Part shown: positions 39,850 to 50,307 of the stretch, piece by piece
How positions within the stretch are numbered: position 1 is the first letter of the stretch
Layout: each line of letters opens with the position of its first letter
Assembly (NCBI GenBank): GCA_963748625.1
Contig: CAVVJT010000007.1
Coordinates: 960,001-1,024,000 of the forward strand
Source of the DNA: an uncultured Chloroflexia bacterium
GTDB taxonomy: Bacteria > Chloroflexota > Limnocylindria > Limnocylindrales > CSP1-4
Direction: 5' to 3'
Length of the DNA: 64,000 nucleotides
Notes under the pieces: model-generated
The model's input: only the letters and a program-made list of their open reading frames with translations
The model's database searches: none
What the model was told of the DNA's origin: nothing
Translations under genes and position numbers: made by a program

Positions 39850-40486
39850 TCGCGGCAGATCGGAGTCTCTGACCGAGACGCACGCTCGCTCCAGGTTCGC
39901 GCACCCGGCCGTCAGCAGCCCGAGCAGTGGCCTGCAGGGCTCGCCCGACGGCCCTGGTACGAGTCGGCCCCTTGACGGCGTCGTGCTCGTCCTCAACCAG
40001 AACTACGAGCCGCTCAACGTGACGAACCTGCCACGCGCGTTCCGGCTCGTCTTCGGTTCGCGGGCGGAGGTCATCGTGTACGACCACGCGGACATCCGCA
40101 CCGTCCGCGCCGTCTACCGGGCGCCGTCAGTCATCCGACTCCAGCACCAGGTGCGCCGACCGCGTCCCCGCGTGAAGCTGACGCGGCGCGAGGTGTTCGC
40201 GCGGGACCGGCACACGTGCCAGTACTGCGGCCACATGGGGTCCGACCTCACGCTCGACCACGTCCTGCCCCGCCATCGCGGGGGCGGCCACACGTGGGAG
40301 AACCTGGTGGCCGCGTGCAAGCCCTGCAACCACCGCAAGGGCGGACGCACGCCGGAAGAGGCGCGGATGCATCTCGCCCGCCAGCCGTTCGAGCCGCGCA
40401 GCGACCTCTACTCGCTGTTCTCCCCGTACCTTGAGAACGAGCGCAACGAGTCCTGGCGCGATTACCTGTTCCTCGGCCGGAACTGA
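39782..40486 (+). CDS. HNH endonuclease (McrA-like); true start uncertain, conserved part begins near 39980
   Basis: VLVLNQNYEPL, PSVIRL, RDRHTCQYCG, TLDHVLP, WENLVAACKPCNHRKG. Confidence 0.9.
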   Translation: MTSAGSRSRSPASSGRWTRRWSDRGRSESLTETHARSRFAHPAVSSPSSGLQGSPDGPGTSRPLDGVVLVLNQNYEPLNVTNLPRAFRLVFGSRAEVIVYDHADIRTVRAVYRAPSVIRLQHQVRRPRPRVKLTRREVFARDRHTCQYCGHMGSDLTLDHVLPRHRGGGHTWENLVAACKPCNHRKGGRTPEEARMHLARQPFEPRSDLYSLFSPYLENERNESWRDYLFLGRN

Positions 40487-40489
40487 GCC

Positions 40490-41884
40490 GTGGCAGATCC
40501 CGGCGCGATGCCTGACGCCGTCGCGCGCCTGGAGGCGGCCATTCCGCCCGCCGTGCGCGACATCTCGGCACGGCTGACCGGCGCAGGACATGCCACCTAC
40601 GTCGTGGGCGGATGCACGCGGGACGTGCTGCTGGGCCGCCGTGTCGCGGACTGGGACCTGACCACCTCCGCCCGCCCCGATGAGCTGGTCGCGCTGCTGC
40701 CCGGCGCGGTGTACGAGAACCGCTTCGGGACCGTGGCGGTGCGACGCGACGACGACGTGTTCGAGATCACGACCTTCCGCTCCGAGCACGACTACGCGGA
40801 CTTCCGGCGGCCGCATCGCATCGAGTTCGGGGATGACGTGGGGGCCGACCTGGCGCGGCGCGACTTCACCGTCAACGCGATCGCCTACGGGTGGCAACCA
40901 GGCGAGTCGGCCGACCACCTGGTCGACCCGTTCGACGGCGTCGGGGATGTCGGCCTGCGGATGCTGCGGGCAGTCGGTGATCCCGATGCCCGCTTCCGGG
41001 AGGATGCGCTGCGGATGGTCCGGGCGGTGCGCCTCGCCGCGACGCTGGAGTTCGAGGTGGAGCCGGCCACCCTCGACGCCATCCGTGCCAATGCCGGACT
41101 GGCTGAGCACCTGTCGGGCGAGCGCATCGGCATGGAGCTGGAGAAGCTGCTGGCGGCGCCCCGACCATCCATCGGGCTCCGGCTGGCGCTCGACACCGGG
41201 CTGCTCGCGGTGCTGGCGCCGGACCTCGCCGCCCAGCGGGGCGTGCCGCAGAACAAGGTGCCCGGCGAGGATCTCTGGGATCACACGCTGCGGGCGGTCG
41301 ATGCCGCACCGGCGAACCGGCCCGTCGTGCGGCTGGCCGCCCTGCTGCACGACATCGGCAAGCCCTCCACCCTGGCAGACGGTCACTTCCACCACCACGA
41401 CGTCGCGGGTGCCACGCTCGCCGCCACCCTCCTGCGCAGGCTGCGCTATCCCCGGGCGGCTACCGATGAGGTCGTCCACCTGGTCCGCCACCACATGTTC
41501 GTGGCGGACCCCGAGTTCGGGGACCCCGCCATCCGGCGCTTCATCAAGCGGATCGGGGCGGCCCGGCTCGACGCGCTGTTCGCGCTCCGGCGTGCTGACG
41601 ACATCGGCAGTGGCCAGGACCCCGACGAGCCGTCGCTCGCGGCATTCCGGGCGCGGGTGGAGGCGGAGCTGGCCGCGGCCGCGGTGCTCGACCGGTATGC
41701 GCTCGCGATCGACGGCAGCGACCTCATTGGGGAGCTCGGGCTGGTCCCGGGGCCACGGCTGGGCCACCTGATCGACGCGCTCGTTGACCGGGTCCTGGAG
41801 GATCCGGGCTGCAACGAGCGGGCGACGCTACTGCTGCTCGCACAGGGCATGCTTGCAGACATGGAAGAGGCCACCAACCGATGA
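40490..41884 (+). CDS. cca: CCA tRNA nucleotidyltransferase with HD domain
   Basis: VGGCTRD...[42 protein letters not shown]. Confidence 0.9.
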   Translation: MADPGAMPDAVARLEAAIPPAVRDISARLTGAGHATYVVGGCTRDVLLGRRVADWDLTTSARPDELVALLPGAVYENRFGTVAVRRDDDVFEITTFRSEHDYADFRRPHRIEFGDDVGADLARRDFTVNAIAYGWQPGESADHLVDPFDGVGDVGLRMLRAVGDPDARFREDALRMVRAVRLAATLEFEVEPATLDAIRANAGLAEHLSGERIGMELEKLLAAPRPSIGLRLALDTGLLAVLAPDLAAQRGVPQNKVPGEDLWDHTLRAVDAAPANRPVVRLAALLHDIGKPSTLADGHFHHHDVAGATLAATLLRRLRYPRAATDEVVHLVRHHMFVADPEFGDPAIRRFIKRIGAARLDALFALRRADDIGSGQDPDEPSLAAFRARVEAELAAAAVLDRYALAIDGSDLIGELGLVPGPRLGHLIDALVDRVLEDPGCNERATLLLLAQGMLADMEEATNR

Positions 41885-43247
41885 TCGAGCTCCTGCTGGC
41901 GGCCGAGCGCGCCTTGACCCTGGGCCTCGTGGACCAGGCGGAGCGGATGTACCTCCAGGCGTATGCCGCCGACCCGCGCAACTCGATCGCCGTGGTGGGG
42001 CTTGCGCGCGTGGCGCTCGAGCGCGGCGACGATGTCCTCGCGTGGACGCAGGCACGAGCCGCGCTCGAGATCGACCCGGAGAACGTGGCGGCCCAGCGTC
42101 TGGCGGCGCGCCTGGACGAGGTGCACGCGTATCGCGGCGAGTCGCTGGCCGCAATGGCGGCGGCGCGCGGGCTGAGCCGGAGGCCGTGGTCGAGCCGGAG
42201 GCCGTGGTCGAGCCGGAGGGCGAGCTGGTCAACATGGACGCGGAGTCTGTGGTCGAGCCGGAGGCCGTGGTCGAGCCGGAGGCCGTGGTCGAGCCGGAGG
42301 CCGTGGTCGAGCCGGAGGCCGTGGTCGAGCCGGAGGCCGTGGTCGAGCCGGAGGCCGTGGTCGAGCCGGAGGCCGTGGTCGAGCCGGAGGCCGTGGTCGA
42401 GCCGGAGGCCGTGGTCGAGCCGGAGGCCGTGGTCGAGCCGGAGGCCGTGGTCGAGCCGGAGGCCGTGGTCGAGCCGAAGGCCGTGGTCGAGCCGGAGGGC
42501 GAGCTGGTCAACATAGACGCGGAGTCTGTGAATCCTGCCGTTGACCCTCCTCTGGCAGGCAGCGAGAGCCCCCAGAAGGCCACAGGTGGCGCAAACGTGG
42601 ACGGACAGTCTGCAGAACCGGGGGACGAAGCCCCTGGGACCATCGCGAACCCGGGATTCATGGACGATGCGTCCATGCCGGAGCCGCAGCCGGAGGCCGG
42701 GCCGCAGCCGGAGGCCGGGCCGCAGCCGGAGGCCGGGCCGCAGCCGGAGGCCGGGCCGCAGCCGGAGGCCGGGCCGCAGCCGGAGGCCGGGCCGCAGCCG
42801 GAGGCCGGGCCGCAGCCGGAGGCCGGGCCGCAGCCGGAGGCCGGGCCGCAGCCGGAGGCCGGGCCGCAGCCGGAGGCCGGGCCGCAGCCGGAGGCCGGGC
42901 CGCAGCCGGAGGCCGGGCCGCAGCCGGAGGCCGGGCCGCAGCCGGAGGCCGGGCCGCAGCCGGAGGCCGGGCCGCAGCCGGAGGCCGGGCCGCAGCCGGA
43001 GGCCGGGCCGCAGCCGGAGGCCGGGCCGCAGCCGGAGGCCGGGCCGCAGCCGGAGGCCGGGCCGCAGCCGGAGGCCGGGCCGCAGCCGGAGGCCGGGCCG
43101 CAGCCGGAGGCCGGGCCGCAGCCGGAGGCCGGGCCGCAGCCGGAGGCCGGGCCGCAGCCGGAGGCCGGGCCGCAGCCGGAACTCAAGCCCCGCAAGGGCA
43201 TCATCGGCTGGCTCCTGGACCACAACCGCCCGTGGAGGCGCAGCTGA
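41881..43247 (+). CDS. TPR-like domain protein with a long acidic repeat spacer (frameshift near 42168)
   Basis: TPR-like [15 protein letters not shown]...[11 protein letters not shown]; a second frame encodes (VVEPEA)n and (PQPEAG)n; ATGA and TGATG coupling at both ends. Confidence 0.75.
42186..42530 (+). repeat. 18-bp tandem repeat gtggtcgagccggaggcc (VVEPEA)
   Basis: 2 units, then 14 units (42249-42500); each block ends in a GELVNxDAESV cap. Confidence 0.95.
42684..43180 (+). repeat. Perfect 18-bp tandem repeat ccgcagccggaggccggg (PQPEAG)
   Basis: 27 full units plus a partial 28th. Confidence 0.97.
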
Positions 43248-44275
43248 TGCGCGTGCTCGTCACCGGCGGGGCCGGGTATGTCGGCGGGGTGTCCGTCGAG
43301 GCGATCCTTGACGCCGGCCACGACGTGGTGGTGCTTGACGACCTGAGCACGGGCCATGAGGCGGCCACGCATCCCGACGCCCTGCTCATCCGCGGCTCCT
43401 ACGGGGACCAGGCGGCGACGCGAGCCCTGCTCGAGGCCGAGCGTATCGACGCCATCCTGCACTGCGCCGCCCGCAGCCTCGTCGGCGAGAGTGTCGAGAA
43501 CCCGGCGAAGTACTACCGCGACAACGTGGCCGGTGGGATCGCCCTGCTGGAGGCCGCGCGCGAGGCCGGCGTGGGACGGATCGTCTTCAGTTCGACAGCA
43601 GCCGTGTACGGCGTCCCCGACGCGACCCCCATCCCGGAGGACGCGCCCCTCCGCCCGATCAACACCTACGGCGAGACGAAGCGGACGTTCGAAGGCGCGC
43701 TCCACTGGTATGGCGGTGCGTACGGCCTCAAATCGGTGATCCTGCGGTACTTCAACGTCGCAGGCGCCACCGTGCGCCTCGGCGAGGTCCACCGCCCGGA
43801 GACCCACCTCATCCCGAACGTCCTGCGTGCGGCCGAGGGCGGGCCACACCTGACGCTGTTCGGCGAGGACTACCCGACGCCCGACGGCACGCCCATCCGC
43901 GACTACATCCACGTGGCCGATCTCGCCGATGCGCATGTCGCCGCCCTTGAGGCGACCGGGCGCGAGGACGCTCCCGATCAGCCGCTGATCTGCAACTTGG
44001 GCACCTCGAGCGGGTTCTCGGTCAAGGACGTCCTCATCGCGGCAACCCGGATCACCGGCCGGGAGATCCCGCACACGGTGGGACCGCGCCGCGCCGGCGA
44101 CCCCCCGGTGCTCGTCGCGTCCAATGAGCGGGCCCGCCACACCCTCGGCTGGACGCCCCGCCGCTCCACACTCGACGAGATGCTCGGCTCAGCCTGGGCG
44201 TGGCGGCGGACGCACCCCGAGGGCTATGCCGACTGTCGGGGCTCAAGCGGGCGGCGATCGACCCCCCTCAGCTGA
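43247..44275 (+). CDS. galE: UDP-glucose 4-epimerase
   Basis: [48 protein letters not shown]. Confidence 0.95.
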   Translation: MRVLVTGGAGYVGGVSVEAILDAGHDVVVLDDLSTGHEAATHPDALLIRGSYGDQAATRALLEAERIDAILHCAARSLVGESVENPAKYYRDNVAGGIALLEAAREAGVGRIVFSSTAAVYGVPDATPIPEDAPLRPINTYGETKRTFEGALHWYGGAYGLKSVILRYFNVAGATVRLGEVHRPETHLIPNVLRAAEGGPHLTLFGEDYPTPDGTPIRDYIHVADLADAHVAALEATGREDAPDQPLICNLGTSSGFSVKDVLIAATRITGREIPHTVGPRRAGDPPVLVASNERARHTLGWTPRRSTLDEMLGSAWAWRRTHPEGYADCRGSSGRRSTPLS

Positions 44276-44414
44276 CCATCGCGTCGGCGAGCCAGTACAT
44301 CCACAGGACGACGATCGCCGCGAACACCGTGCCGGCGATGGTGATGGCGACCACCGCCCACATCGCGCCCTGCCCTCTTCGAGGCCCGGGTCGACCGTCT
44401 CCCACCCCGTTCAC
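44268..44414 (-). CDS. Tiny pilin-like membrane peptide (48 aa)
   Basis: GTGA overlap with the TadG-like stop; RRGQ followed by a hydrophobic helix. Confidence 0.45.
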   Translation of the reverse strand: MNGVGDGRPGPRRGQGAMWAVVAITIAGTVFAAIVVLWMYWLADAMVS

Positions 44415-46681
44415 GGAGCCACGAGGTGAACGGGGTTGCCCCGGATGTCGACCTTCCAGGTCGTGAGGTCGGTGGCCCCGCTCCCGCTCTGGTTGCCCAT
44501 CGTGTAGCGGATCTTCCACCAGCCATCCTCACCGGAGGCGGGGTCGTTCGGCGCTGTGTAGGAGGTGGGGATCTGGATCTCGAGCGTGAGCCAGCACCCG
44601 TTGAACAGGCTGGTCCCGCCGGTATTGGTGGTCACGGCCCAGACGTTCGACGCGTTGTTGCTGTTGCAGTTGCTGGCGCTGGCGTTGGCTGGGGTCCCGT
44701 CGTAGTCGAACTGCACCGGGGTGAAGCCCGACCCTGTGGGCTTGAGGATCTCCAACGAGGCCGAGAGGTTCCCTGTGTCGCCCGGGTCCCAGAGGTTGAT
44801 CACCATCGTCTTGCCGGCGTGGACGGCGTCGATCTGGGCGAGGTAGAACTCGCTCGCCTGATTGGCAGGGAGGCGCACGTAGGCTTCCATCGCACCGATG
44901 CCGTAGACCCGAGGCGTTCCTCCCGACGCCGAGGCGTAGAGCGCGAACGAGTTGAGTGCGGTTGCATCGTCCTGGTCGTTGAGCGCGCTCTTGTCCGTCG
45001 AGTAGGTGTGCAGCCGGTAGGTCCCGGCCGCCAGCCCGGTCGCCAGCTGGACCCATCCGAAGTGCCAGCTCTGTGACGAACAATCACCCGCCACATTGGT
45101 GGACTGGCTCTTGGCGCCGAAGATCACATGGTCCTCGTATGACAGGCGCCGGTAGGTGTTGCCCGTGGACGCGACGAGCGTGTCATCCGAGGTGTCGAGC
45201 ATCGTCTGGTGCGTGTTCAACAGGTCGAAGTACGCGCTGATCGGGTTGCGGCTCGAGGCGCCGTTGCTTCCACCCACGGTCCAGTACTCGCCGGTGCCGG
45301 CGCTGGACGTGCCGTCGCAGAACCCGGGGTCGTACACCCAGACCGTGCCCCCGCCCCCGGCGGGGATCTCGACGGCGTAGTTGTAGTAGTCGTTGTAGTC
45401 GTAGTACGTGTCCGGGTCCGTCCCGCCGACAGCGTTGGTGACCGACTTGCGGGTCGAATACTTCGTCATGAACGCGTCGCCCTGGATGTTGGGAGCGCCC
45501 TGGCTCTGCATCGCGCCCCAGAACTTCTGGGGGCGGGTGATGGCTGCCTGGCCGGGCGGGGGCGGGACCGGGGCGTCGTCGATCAGCACCGTCGTGGTTG
45601 TGGTCGTGGTGGTGGCCAGGTCCCACGAGACACGAACCTCGAGCATGTCAACGTTGAGCGACGTGCTCGACGATCCGCACCCCTTGTTCGCCGTGAACCG
45701 GACACGGAAGCTCGCGTCCGAGAAGTCGTTTCGGGCCCACGTGCGTGAACCCCACGCCGCAAGGTTGGTGGTAGGCAGTGTGTAGTCGCCATTCGTCGTG
45801 CTGGTGCCCAGGCTTGGCGTCGTCACGCGCGTGGACCAGCTTCCGCCGCCGTTCCACGACAGGTCGACGCCGATCGTGGAGCCCGGGCACGACGCCGACA
45901 CGAAGGCATCCTGCAGCCGGACCTCGATGCCCGTGATCGTGAGCACCTGGTTGCCGCCGGGGCTGGGGATCGCGGACCCGCCGGACAGCAGGCCGAAGTT
46001 GGCCCACTGCTGCTGGTGGCCGTTGGTGGTCTCCTGCGCGTACTCGTTGTTGTTCTGGTTCAGCATCGTGGTGATGGTGCGGCCGGAGCCGGTCGCGGAC
46101 TGGCTCCACTGCCCGCCGCTCGGCGCAGTGCCGGTCGCGACGTCCCACCCGGTGTCGCCTGTGCTGTGCGTCGTATTGGTGGTGGTCGTCGTCTCAGGCT
46201 TCACGAGATACCCGACGCCGTAGTAGTTGTCGGGACTGCCCATCGGAACCGGGAGCACGTAGTCGGCCTTGGCTGTCCGCTGAGCGGGCCACGAATTCAC
46301 GCCGACGACCCCGCTGAAGAACGTGCCCACGGTGCCGCTGATCGACACATTCAGGCGGCGATCGTTGTGCGGGTCGACGCTCGGGGTCACCACGACGCCC
46401 CCCGTGCCGTGGGCGTAGCCGTTCTTCGACGCCTCGGCCCTGGCGACGGTGATGGCCTGGGACGGGTTGCCGGGGAGCCAGACAACGCCGGCAAGGGCCG
46501 CTGCATCGGCTGCACGCTGCATCCGCAGGTTGCCGGTCCAGTACCAGGCGACATCGATGACTACCCCGCAGAGAGCGATGAGGACAACGATCGCTGCTGC
46601 GAAGACCACGACGACCTGACCCCGGCTCCGCGTGCGGCGGAACCCGTGTCCGGACGACCTTCGTGGGAACGTGTTGCGCAT
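44411..46681 (-). CDS. TadG-like pseudopilin/adhesin with a large Ser/Thr/Gly-rich extracellular region
   Basis: RSRGQ plus TM, VIDVAWY...MQRAADAAALAG Tad motif. Confidence 0.88.
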   Translation of the reverse strand: MRNTFPRRSSGHGFRRTRSRGQVVVVFAAAIVVLIALCGVVIDVAWYWTGNLRMQRAADAAALAGVVWLPGNPSQAITVARAEASKNGYAHGTGGVVVTPSVDPHNDRRLNVSISGTVGTFFSGVVGVNSWPAQRTAKADYVLPVPMGSPDNYYGVGYLVKPETTTTTNTTHSTGDTGWDVATGTAPSGGQWSQSATGSGRTITTMLNQNNNEYAQETTNGHQQQWANFGLLSGGSAIPSPGGNQVLTITGIEVRLQDAFVSASCPGSTIGVDLSWNGGGSWSTRVTTPSLGTSTTNGDYTLPTTNLAAWGSRTWARNDFSDASFRVRFTANKGCGSSSTSLNVDMLEVRVSWDLATTTTTTTTVLIDDAPVPPPPGQAAITRPQKFWGAMQSQGAPNIQGDAFMTKYSTRKSVTNAVGGTDPDTYYDYNDYYNYAVEIPAGGGGTVWVYDPGFCDGTSSAGTGEYWTVGGSNGASSRNPISAYFDLLNTHQTMLDTSDDTLVASTGNTYRRLSYEDHVIFGAKSQSTNVAGDCSSQSWHFGWVQLATGLAAGTYRLHTYSTDKSALNDQDDATALNSFALYASASGGTPRVYGIGAMEAYVRLPANQASEFYLAQIDAVHAGKTMVINLWDPGDTGNLSASLEILKPTGSGFTPVQFDYDGTPANASASNCNSNNASNVWAVTTNTGGTSLFNGCWLTLEIQIPTSYTAPNDPASGEDGWWKIRYTMGNQSGSGATDLTTWKVDIRGNPVHLVAP

Positions 46682-46693
46682 GGTTGGTTCGCC

Positions 46694-47311
46694 CTACTGG
46701 CTGAGGGGGTTGAGGGCCATGACCGTCTTGTCGTTGATCTGCAGGCTGCCGCTCCCCGACCCTCCGACCAGCCGCAGGACGTTGCCCAGTGGGGTGCTGA
46801 AGTTGTACGTGTAGGTGATGCGGACGCCGATGCTGTCGGGCGCGGTGGTCGCGTTGCTCCGGGAGCAGGTCGCCCAGCCGTTGCTGGCCGGGGCGGCGAA
46901 GTGCAGCGCCCGGCCGTCAACGGTGGGTCCGCTCCCGGGTGTCCATGTGTTGGTGTTGGACCCGATCGGGTTGCCGGCGCTGTTGGCCTTGTAGATGACG
47001 ATCGAGGAGATGTCACCCAGGTGGTCCCGCACCGGCGACCCCTCCGACGTGAGGACGCGCTCCACCGCCGAGATGACGTACTTGTCGACGTCACCGCAGG
47101 TTGCGGGCGACACAAGCGTCGATCCGTCCGAAAGCGCGGATCCCATGCGCGCCCCCTCGCGCGTGGCGTAGTTCAGCGTCAGCCCGTGGTCGAAGGCGAG
47201 GCCGAACTCCAGGATGCCGAACAGGATCATGATGAAGACCGGCACCACCATCGTGAACTCGACCAGACTCTGGCCGCGTTCACCGGTCCGCCGCACCCAC
47301 GCGCATCTCAC
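46694..47311 (-). CDS. TadE/TadF-like pseudopilin
   Basis: ERGQSLVEF, ILFGILEFG, ATREGAR. Confidence 0.92.
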   Translation of the reverse strand: MRCAWVRRTGERGQSLVEFTMVVPVFIMILFGILEFGLAFDHGLTLNYATREGARMGSALSDGSTLVSPATCGDVDKYVISAVERVLTSEGSPVRDHLGDISSIVIYKANSAGNPIGSNTNTWTPGSGPTVDGRALHFAAPASNGWATCSRSNATTAPDSIGVRITYTYNFSTPLGNVLRLVGGSGSGSLQINDKTVMALNPLSQ

Positions 47312-47886
47312 AGGATCGGCTCCATGCGCATCGAGTTGGACTTGATGACCGTCAGGAGCGTCCCAAAGGTGCCGCCCAGCGGCGTCTTCCAGGAGTGGTG
47401 GTACGTGACCCGGACGCCGACGAAATCGAGTGGCTGGCCGCCGCAACCGACAAGGATGTTGCAGCGGTTGGCCATCGGGTAGCCGTTGGCCGTGCGGCTG
47501 TACGGGAGCGTGATCGACGTGCCGTCTGGCAGGGTGCAGGAGTAGGAGCCCGTGCGGGCGTAGATCGTGGAACCGCCGATCTGGCTGCCCGCGGCGTTGG
47601 ATTCGAAGATCTCGACGGTCTGGATCATCGTCCGACCGGCCGGAGGGCCGAAGTCGGCATCGACCGCCTTGAGGACCGCGCAATCGCCACCGGGCGAGTC
47701 ACCGGCCTCCGCCGCGAGGAGCGCTCCATCGCGCGTGGCGTAGTCAGCCGAGAGGACGGCGTTGAACATGAATGCGAACTCGAGCACCCCCATCAGGACC
47801 ATCAGGAAGACGGGGATGACGAGCGCGAACTCGACGAGTGTCTGGCCGCGGGCAGCACGAAGCAGTCGGCCAATCTTGAGCAGCAA
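47308..47886 (-). CDS. TadE/TadF-like pseudopilin
   Basis: RGQTLVEFALVIP, GVLEFA, ATRDGA; start (TTG 47886) uncertain. Confidence 0.9.
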   Translation of the reverse strand: MLLKIGRLLRAARGQTLVEFALVIPVFLMVLMGVLEFAFMFNAVLSADYATRDGALLAAEAGDSPGGDCAVLKAVDADFGPPAGRTMIQTVEIFESNAAGSQIGGSTIYARTGSYSCTLPDGTSITLPYSRTANGYPMANRCNILVGCGGQPLDFVGVRVTYHHSWKTPLGGTFGTLLTVIKSNSMRMEPIL

Positions 47887-47971
47887 ACCGTTTCCCCCGG
47901 AAGAGCTGGCACAGATGTGGCGACCGGGCGCTGGGAGCGTCACCGAGTCCGATCGCTCAGGCGATCAAATC

Positions 47972-48004
47972 ATGCGAAGTTTGCATACCGCATAACGTTT
48001 CGCA
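47972..48004. promoter_or_regulatory. AT-richer candidate operator upstream of the tad genes
   Basis: Near-palindrome ATGCGAAGTTTGCAT (47972-47986) and a related TTTCGCA half-site near 47998-48004. Confidence 0.35.
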
Positions 48005-48131
48005 GTTGTGTGCGGCAACGCACCACCCTGCCAGTCGCCTTGGCCTCCGGGACCCGGTGGTTCGTCCTCCATCGGCGCGGGGATTGCCTCACCCGCACCT
48101 TGCCGGGGGCGGGAGGTGAGACGGCAGGGCG

Positions 48132-49379
48132 TCAGCCCTCGCGCTGCTCCGGCACGCCCCGCACCAGCACCAGGCCGATCAGCATCGAGATGAGCAGGGT
48201 GACGATCCCGAGCTGGTACGTGGCGACCCCGAGGGTGTTGAAGAACAGCAGGAAGGTCAGGGACCAGAACAGCGAACCGAGCACCTGGGATCCCTTGCCC
48301 ACAAGGCCGTAGAGGCCGTAGAACTCGCCGAGCCGCTCAGGGGGCGAGAGCCGGTACATGAGCACGCGGTCCGCCACCTGCATCCCGGAGAACCCCGCCC
48401 CGATCGCGATGCCCGCGGCCAGGAAGATGATCTTGTCCAGGAAGATCGCGCCGACCGCCAGGGCGACCGCCCACATGCACAGCACGATGAACAGGGTCTG
48501 CTTGGGCCCCCAGCGGTCGGTCAGCTTGCCCCACATGAAGCCGGCGGCGATCGCTGCCAGCGTAAGGCCCAGGAACACCATCGACGATTCCGTCTCGGTG
48601 AACCCGATGGCGCGGACGGCGAATACGGTCATGATCGTGATGCTCGTGTTGAGCGCGTCGGTGTAGAAGAAGCGGGCCAGCAGGAAGCGGCCCAGGCCCG
48701 GGTAGCGGTCCAGCGAGCGCACGGTGTCCCAGGTGGCCCGCCAGGCGGCGGACATCGCCCGGTCGTGGCTCCCGCCCGCGGCGGGCTCGCGGATCACCAG
48801 GAAGATGGGGATGGCGAACACCATGAACAGGACCGGGGCCAACAGGAACGCCTGCTCGGGAGCCATGCCCGTGATCACGATCGTGAGCGCGATCAGCACG
48901 GTGCCCATGTAGCCGACGGCGCTGCCGAGGCCCGAGACCCATCCCCGGTTCTCCGGCATGCTCACCAGTTTGAGCGTGGCGTCGTAGTAGATCAGCGCCG
49001 ACTGGTAGCCGAAGTTGGCCACGCAGAAGAGGAGCACGCCCATGGTGACGTCCACGAACGGGATGGCCATCGCGGGGATGCAGGCCAGCAGGGTGAAGCC
49101 GAACAGGAACGGCAGGCGCCGCCCGAAGCGGTCGGATAGCGCACCCAGCCACGGGGAGACGGCCGCGTTGACGAGGACGGAGATCGCGACCGCGAGCGTC
49201 AGTGCGGAGTTGCCGCCCTGGTCGCCCAGCCTGGCGACGAGATACAGCCCGACCGCCCAGGAGAAGACGGCGTAGGACCAGATCGTGTTCGCGAAGTCAT
49301 AGAGGGCCCACGAGCCGACTGCAACGCGGCGCAGGTTCGGATCACGCTGCGGGACCGCCGTCGCCGGGACTGCCGTCAT
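48132..49379 (-). CDS. MFS transporter, UMF1/ATG22 family
   Basis: SWALYDFAN, GALSDRFGRR, GKLTDRWGPK, GEFYGLY; about 12 TM. Confidence 0.92.
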   Translation of the reverse strand: MTAVPATAVPQRDPNLRRVAVGSWALYDFANTIWSYAVFSWAVGLYLVARLGDQGGNSALTLAVAISVLVNAAVSPWLGALSDRFGRRLPFLFGFTLLACIPAMAIPFVDVTMGVLLFCVANFGYQSALIYYDATLKLVSMPENRGWVSGLGSAVGYMGTVLIALTIVITGMAPEQAFLLAPVLFMVFAIPIFLVIREPAAGGSHDRAMSAAWRATWDTVRSLDRYPGLGRFLLARFFYTDALNTSITIMTVFAVRAIGFTETESSMVFLGLTLAAIAAGFMWGKLTDRWGPKQTLFIVLCMWAVALAVGAIFLDKIIFLAAGIAIGAGFSGMQVADRVLMYRLSPPERLGEFYGLYGLVGKGSQVLGSLFWSLTFLLFFNTLGVATYQLGIVTLLISMLIGLVLVRGVPEQREG

Positions 49380-49485
49380 GTGCTGTCGCCTCGTGGTGTG
49401 CCTGGATCCCCGCCTCGGCCGGATCATACGGGCCGGGGAAGGTTCCGATCGGACGGTCCCGCGTGGAGCGCGGTAGCATGCGACC

Positions 49486-50235
49486 ATGGCAATCGAACCG
49501 ACCGCCCGCGAGATCGCGGCAGCCTGGGAGCCCCAGCGGCCCGGCCGCCGTGCCGCGAAGGACATCGTGGATCCCCTGGTGGAGCCGGCCTGGGGTGGCG
49601 TGCGCGTGGTGGCGGCGATCACGATCGACGAGGCAGCGCTCTACCGCGCCGGGGAGGAGCTGCCTGCGCCTCCGCTGATCCTTGCAGCGCTCGTCGAAGG
49701 GTTCACCGCCGTGGACGCGGTCGTCGAGGGCCATCTCACCACCAAGGCGCTCGGAGACGGCACGGGTGCCGGTGCCCCGATGGCCAAGGTTGAGCGGCCG
49801 CCGCTCCTGGTTCCACGCGGGCTCTTCAAGAGCGTGCGGGACGACCCCTACGTCAAGGCACGCGACTATGCGAACCGGGAGGCGGAGGTCGCCCGAACCG
49901 TGCTCGAGGCGATCGAGGACGGGGTGCCTCACGCGTTCGTCGCCACGGACCTGCTGTGGCTGGACGGCACGCCGCTTGACGACGTTCCCCTGCTCGAGCG
50001 ACGGCGCCTGCTGGAGGGTGCGCTTGTCGCCTCGGAGCTGGTGCGGGTCTCGCCGACCGTGAAGGCCACTGCCATGCTGACGCTCGTCACCTGGGGCCAG
50101 CTGGGATTCGCCGAGATCTCGTACCGGGCGGCCAACAGCCGGTATGCGGCAGGCGAGGAGAACCCGGACTGGGCCGTGACCCGGCCGCCGGATGGTCCGC
50201 AGGGTCCCTCGAACGGACCGGTCACGGCAAAGTAG
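49486..50235 (+). CDS. ATP-dependent DNA ligase adenylation-domain homologue with degenerate catalytic motifs
   Basis: VEPAWGGVR (motif I lacking K and D), DLLWLDG...PLLERRRLLE, SRYAAG...DW; no OB domain. Confidence 0.75.
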   Translation: MAIEPTAREIAAAWEPQRPGRRAAKDIVDPLVEPAWGGVRVVAAITIDEAALYRAGEELPAPPLILAALVEGFTAVDAVVEGHLTTKALGDGTGAGAPMAKVERPPLLVPRGLFKSVRDDPYVKARDYANREAEVARTVLEAIEDGVPHAFVATDLLWLDGTPLDDVPLLERRRLLEGALVASELVRVSPTVKATAMLTLVTWGQLGFAEISYRAANSRYAAGEENPDWAVTRPPDGPQGPSNGPVTAK

Positions 50236-50307
50236 GCGTTCGGCGCGCGACGCCGTCGGGGCTGGCGCCCACGCCCGGGGTCGCGCGGGAGTGGTAGGGT
50301 GGGGCGG

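Noticed and set aside
39782-40486. HNH gene as a homing or defence element
   Set aside because: Matches the common chromosomal McrA-like HNH family; no methylase, intron or mobility context
42186-43180. Long regular repeats as a CRISPR array
   Set aside because: Head-to-tail 18-bp units with no spacers, in-frame within a coding region, and no cas genes
47890-48130. Cyclic dinucleotide riboswitch upstream of the tad genes
   Set aside because: No GGCAAA/GNAAA two-stem consensus recognisable; only an operator-like palindrome and a hairpin after the MFS gene
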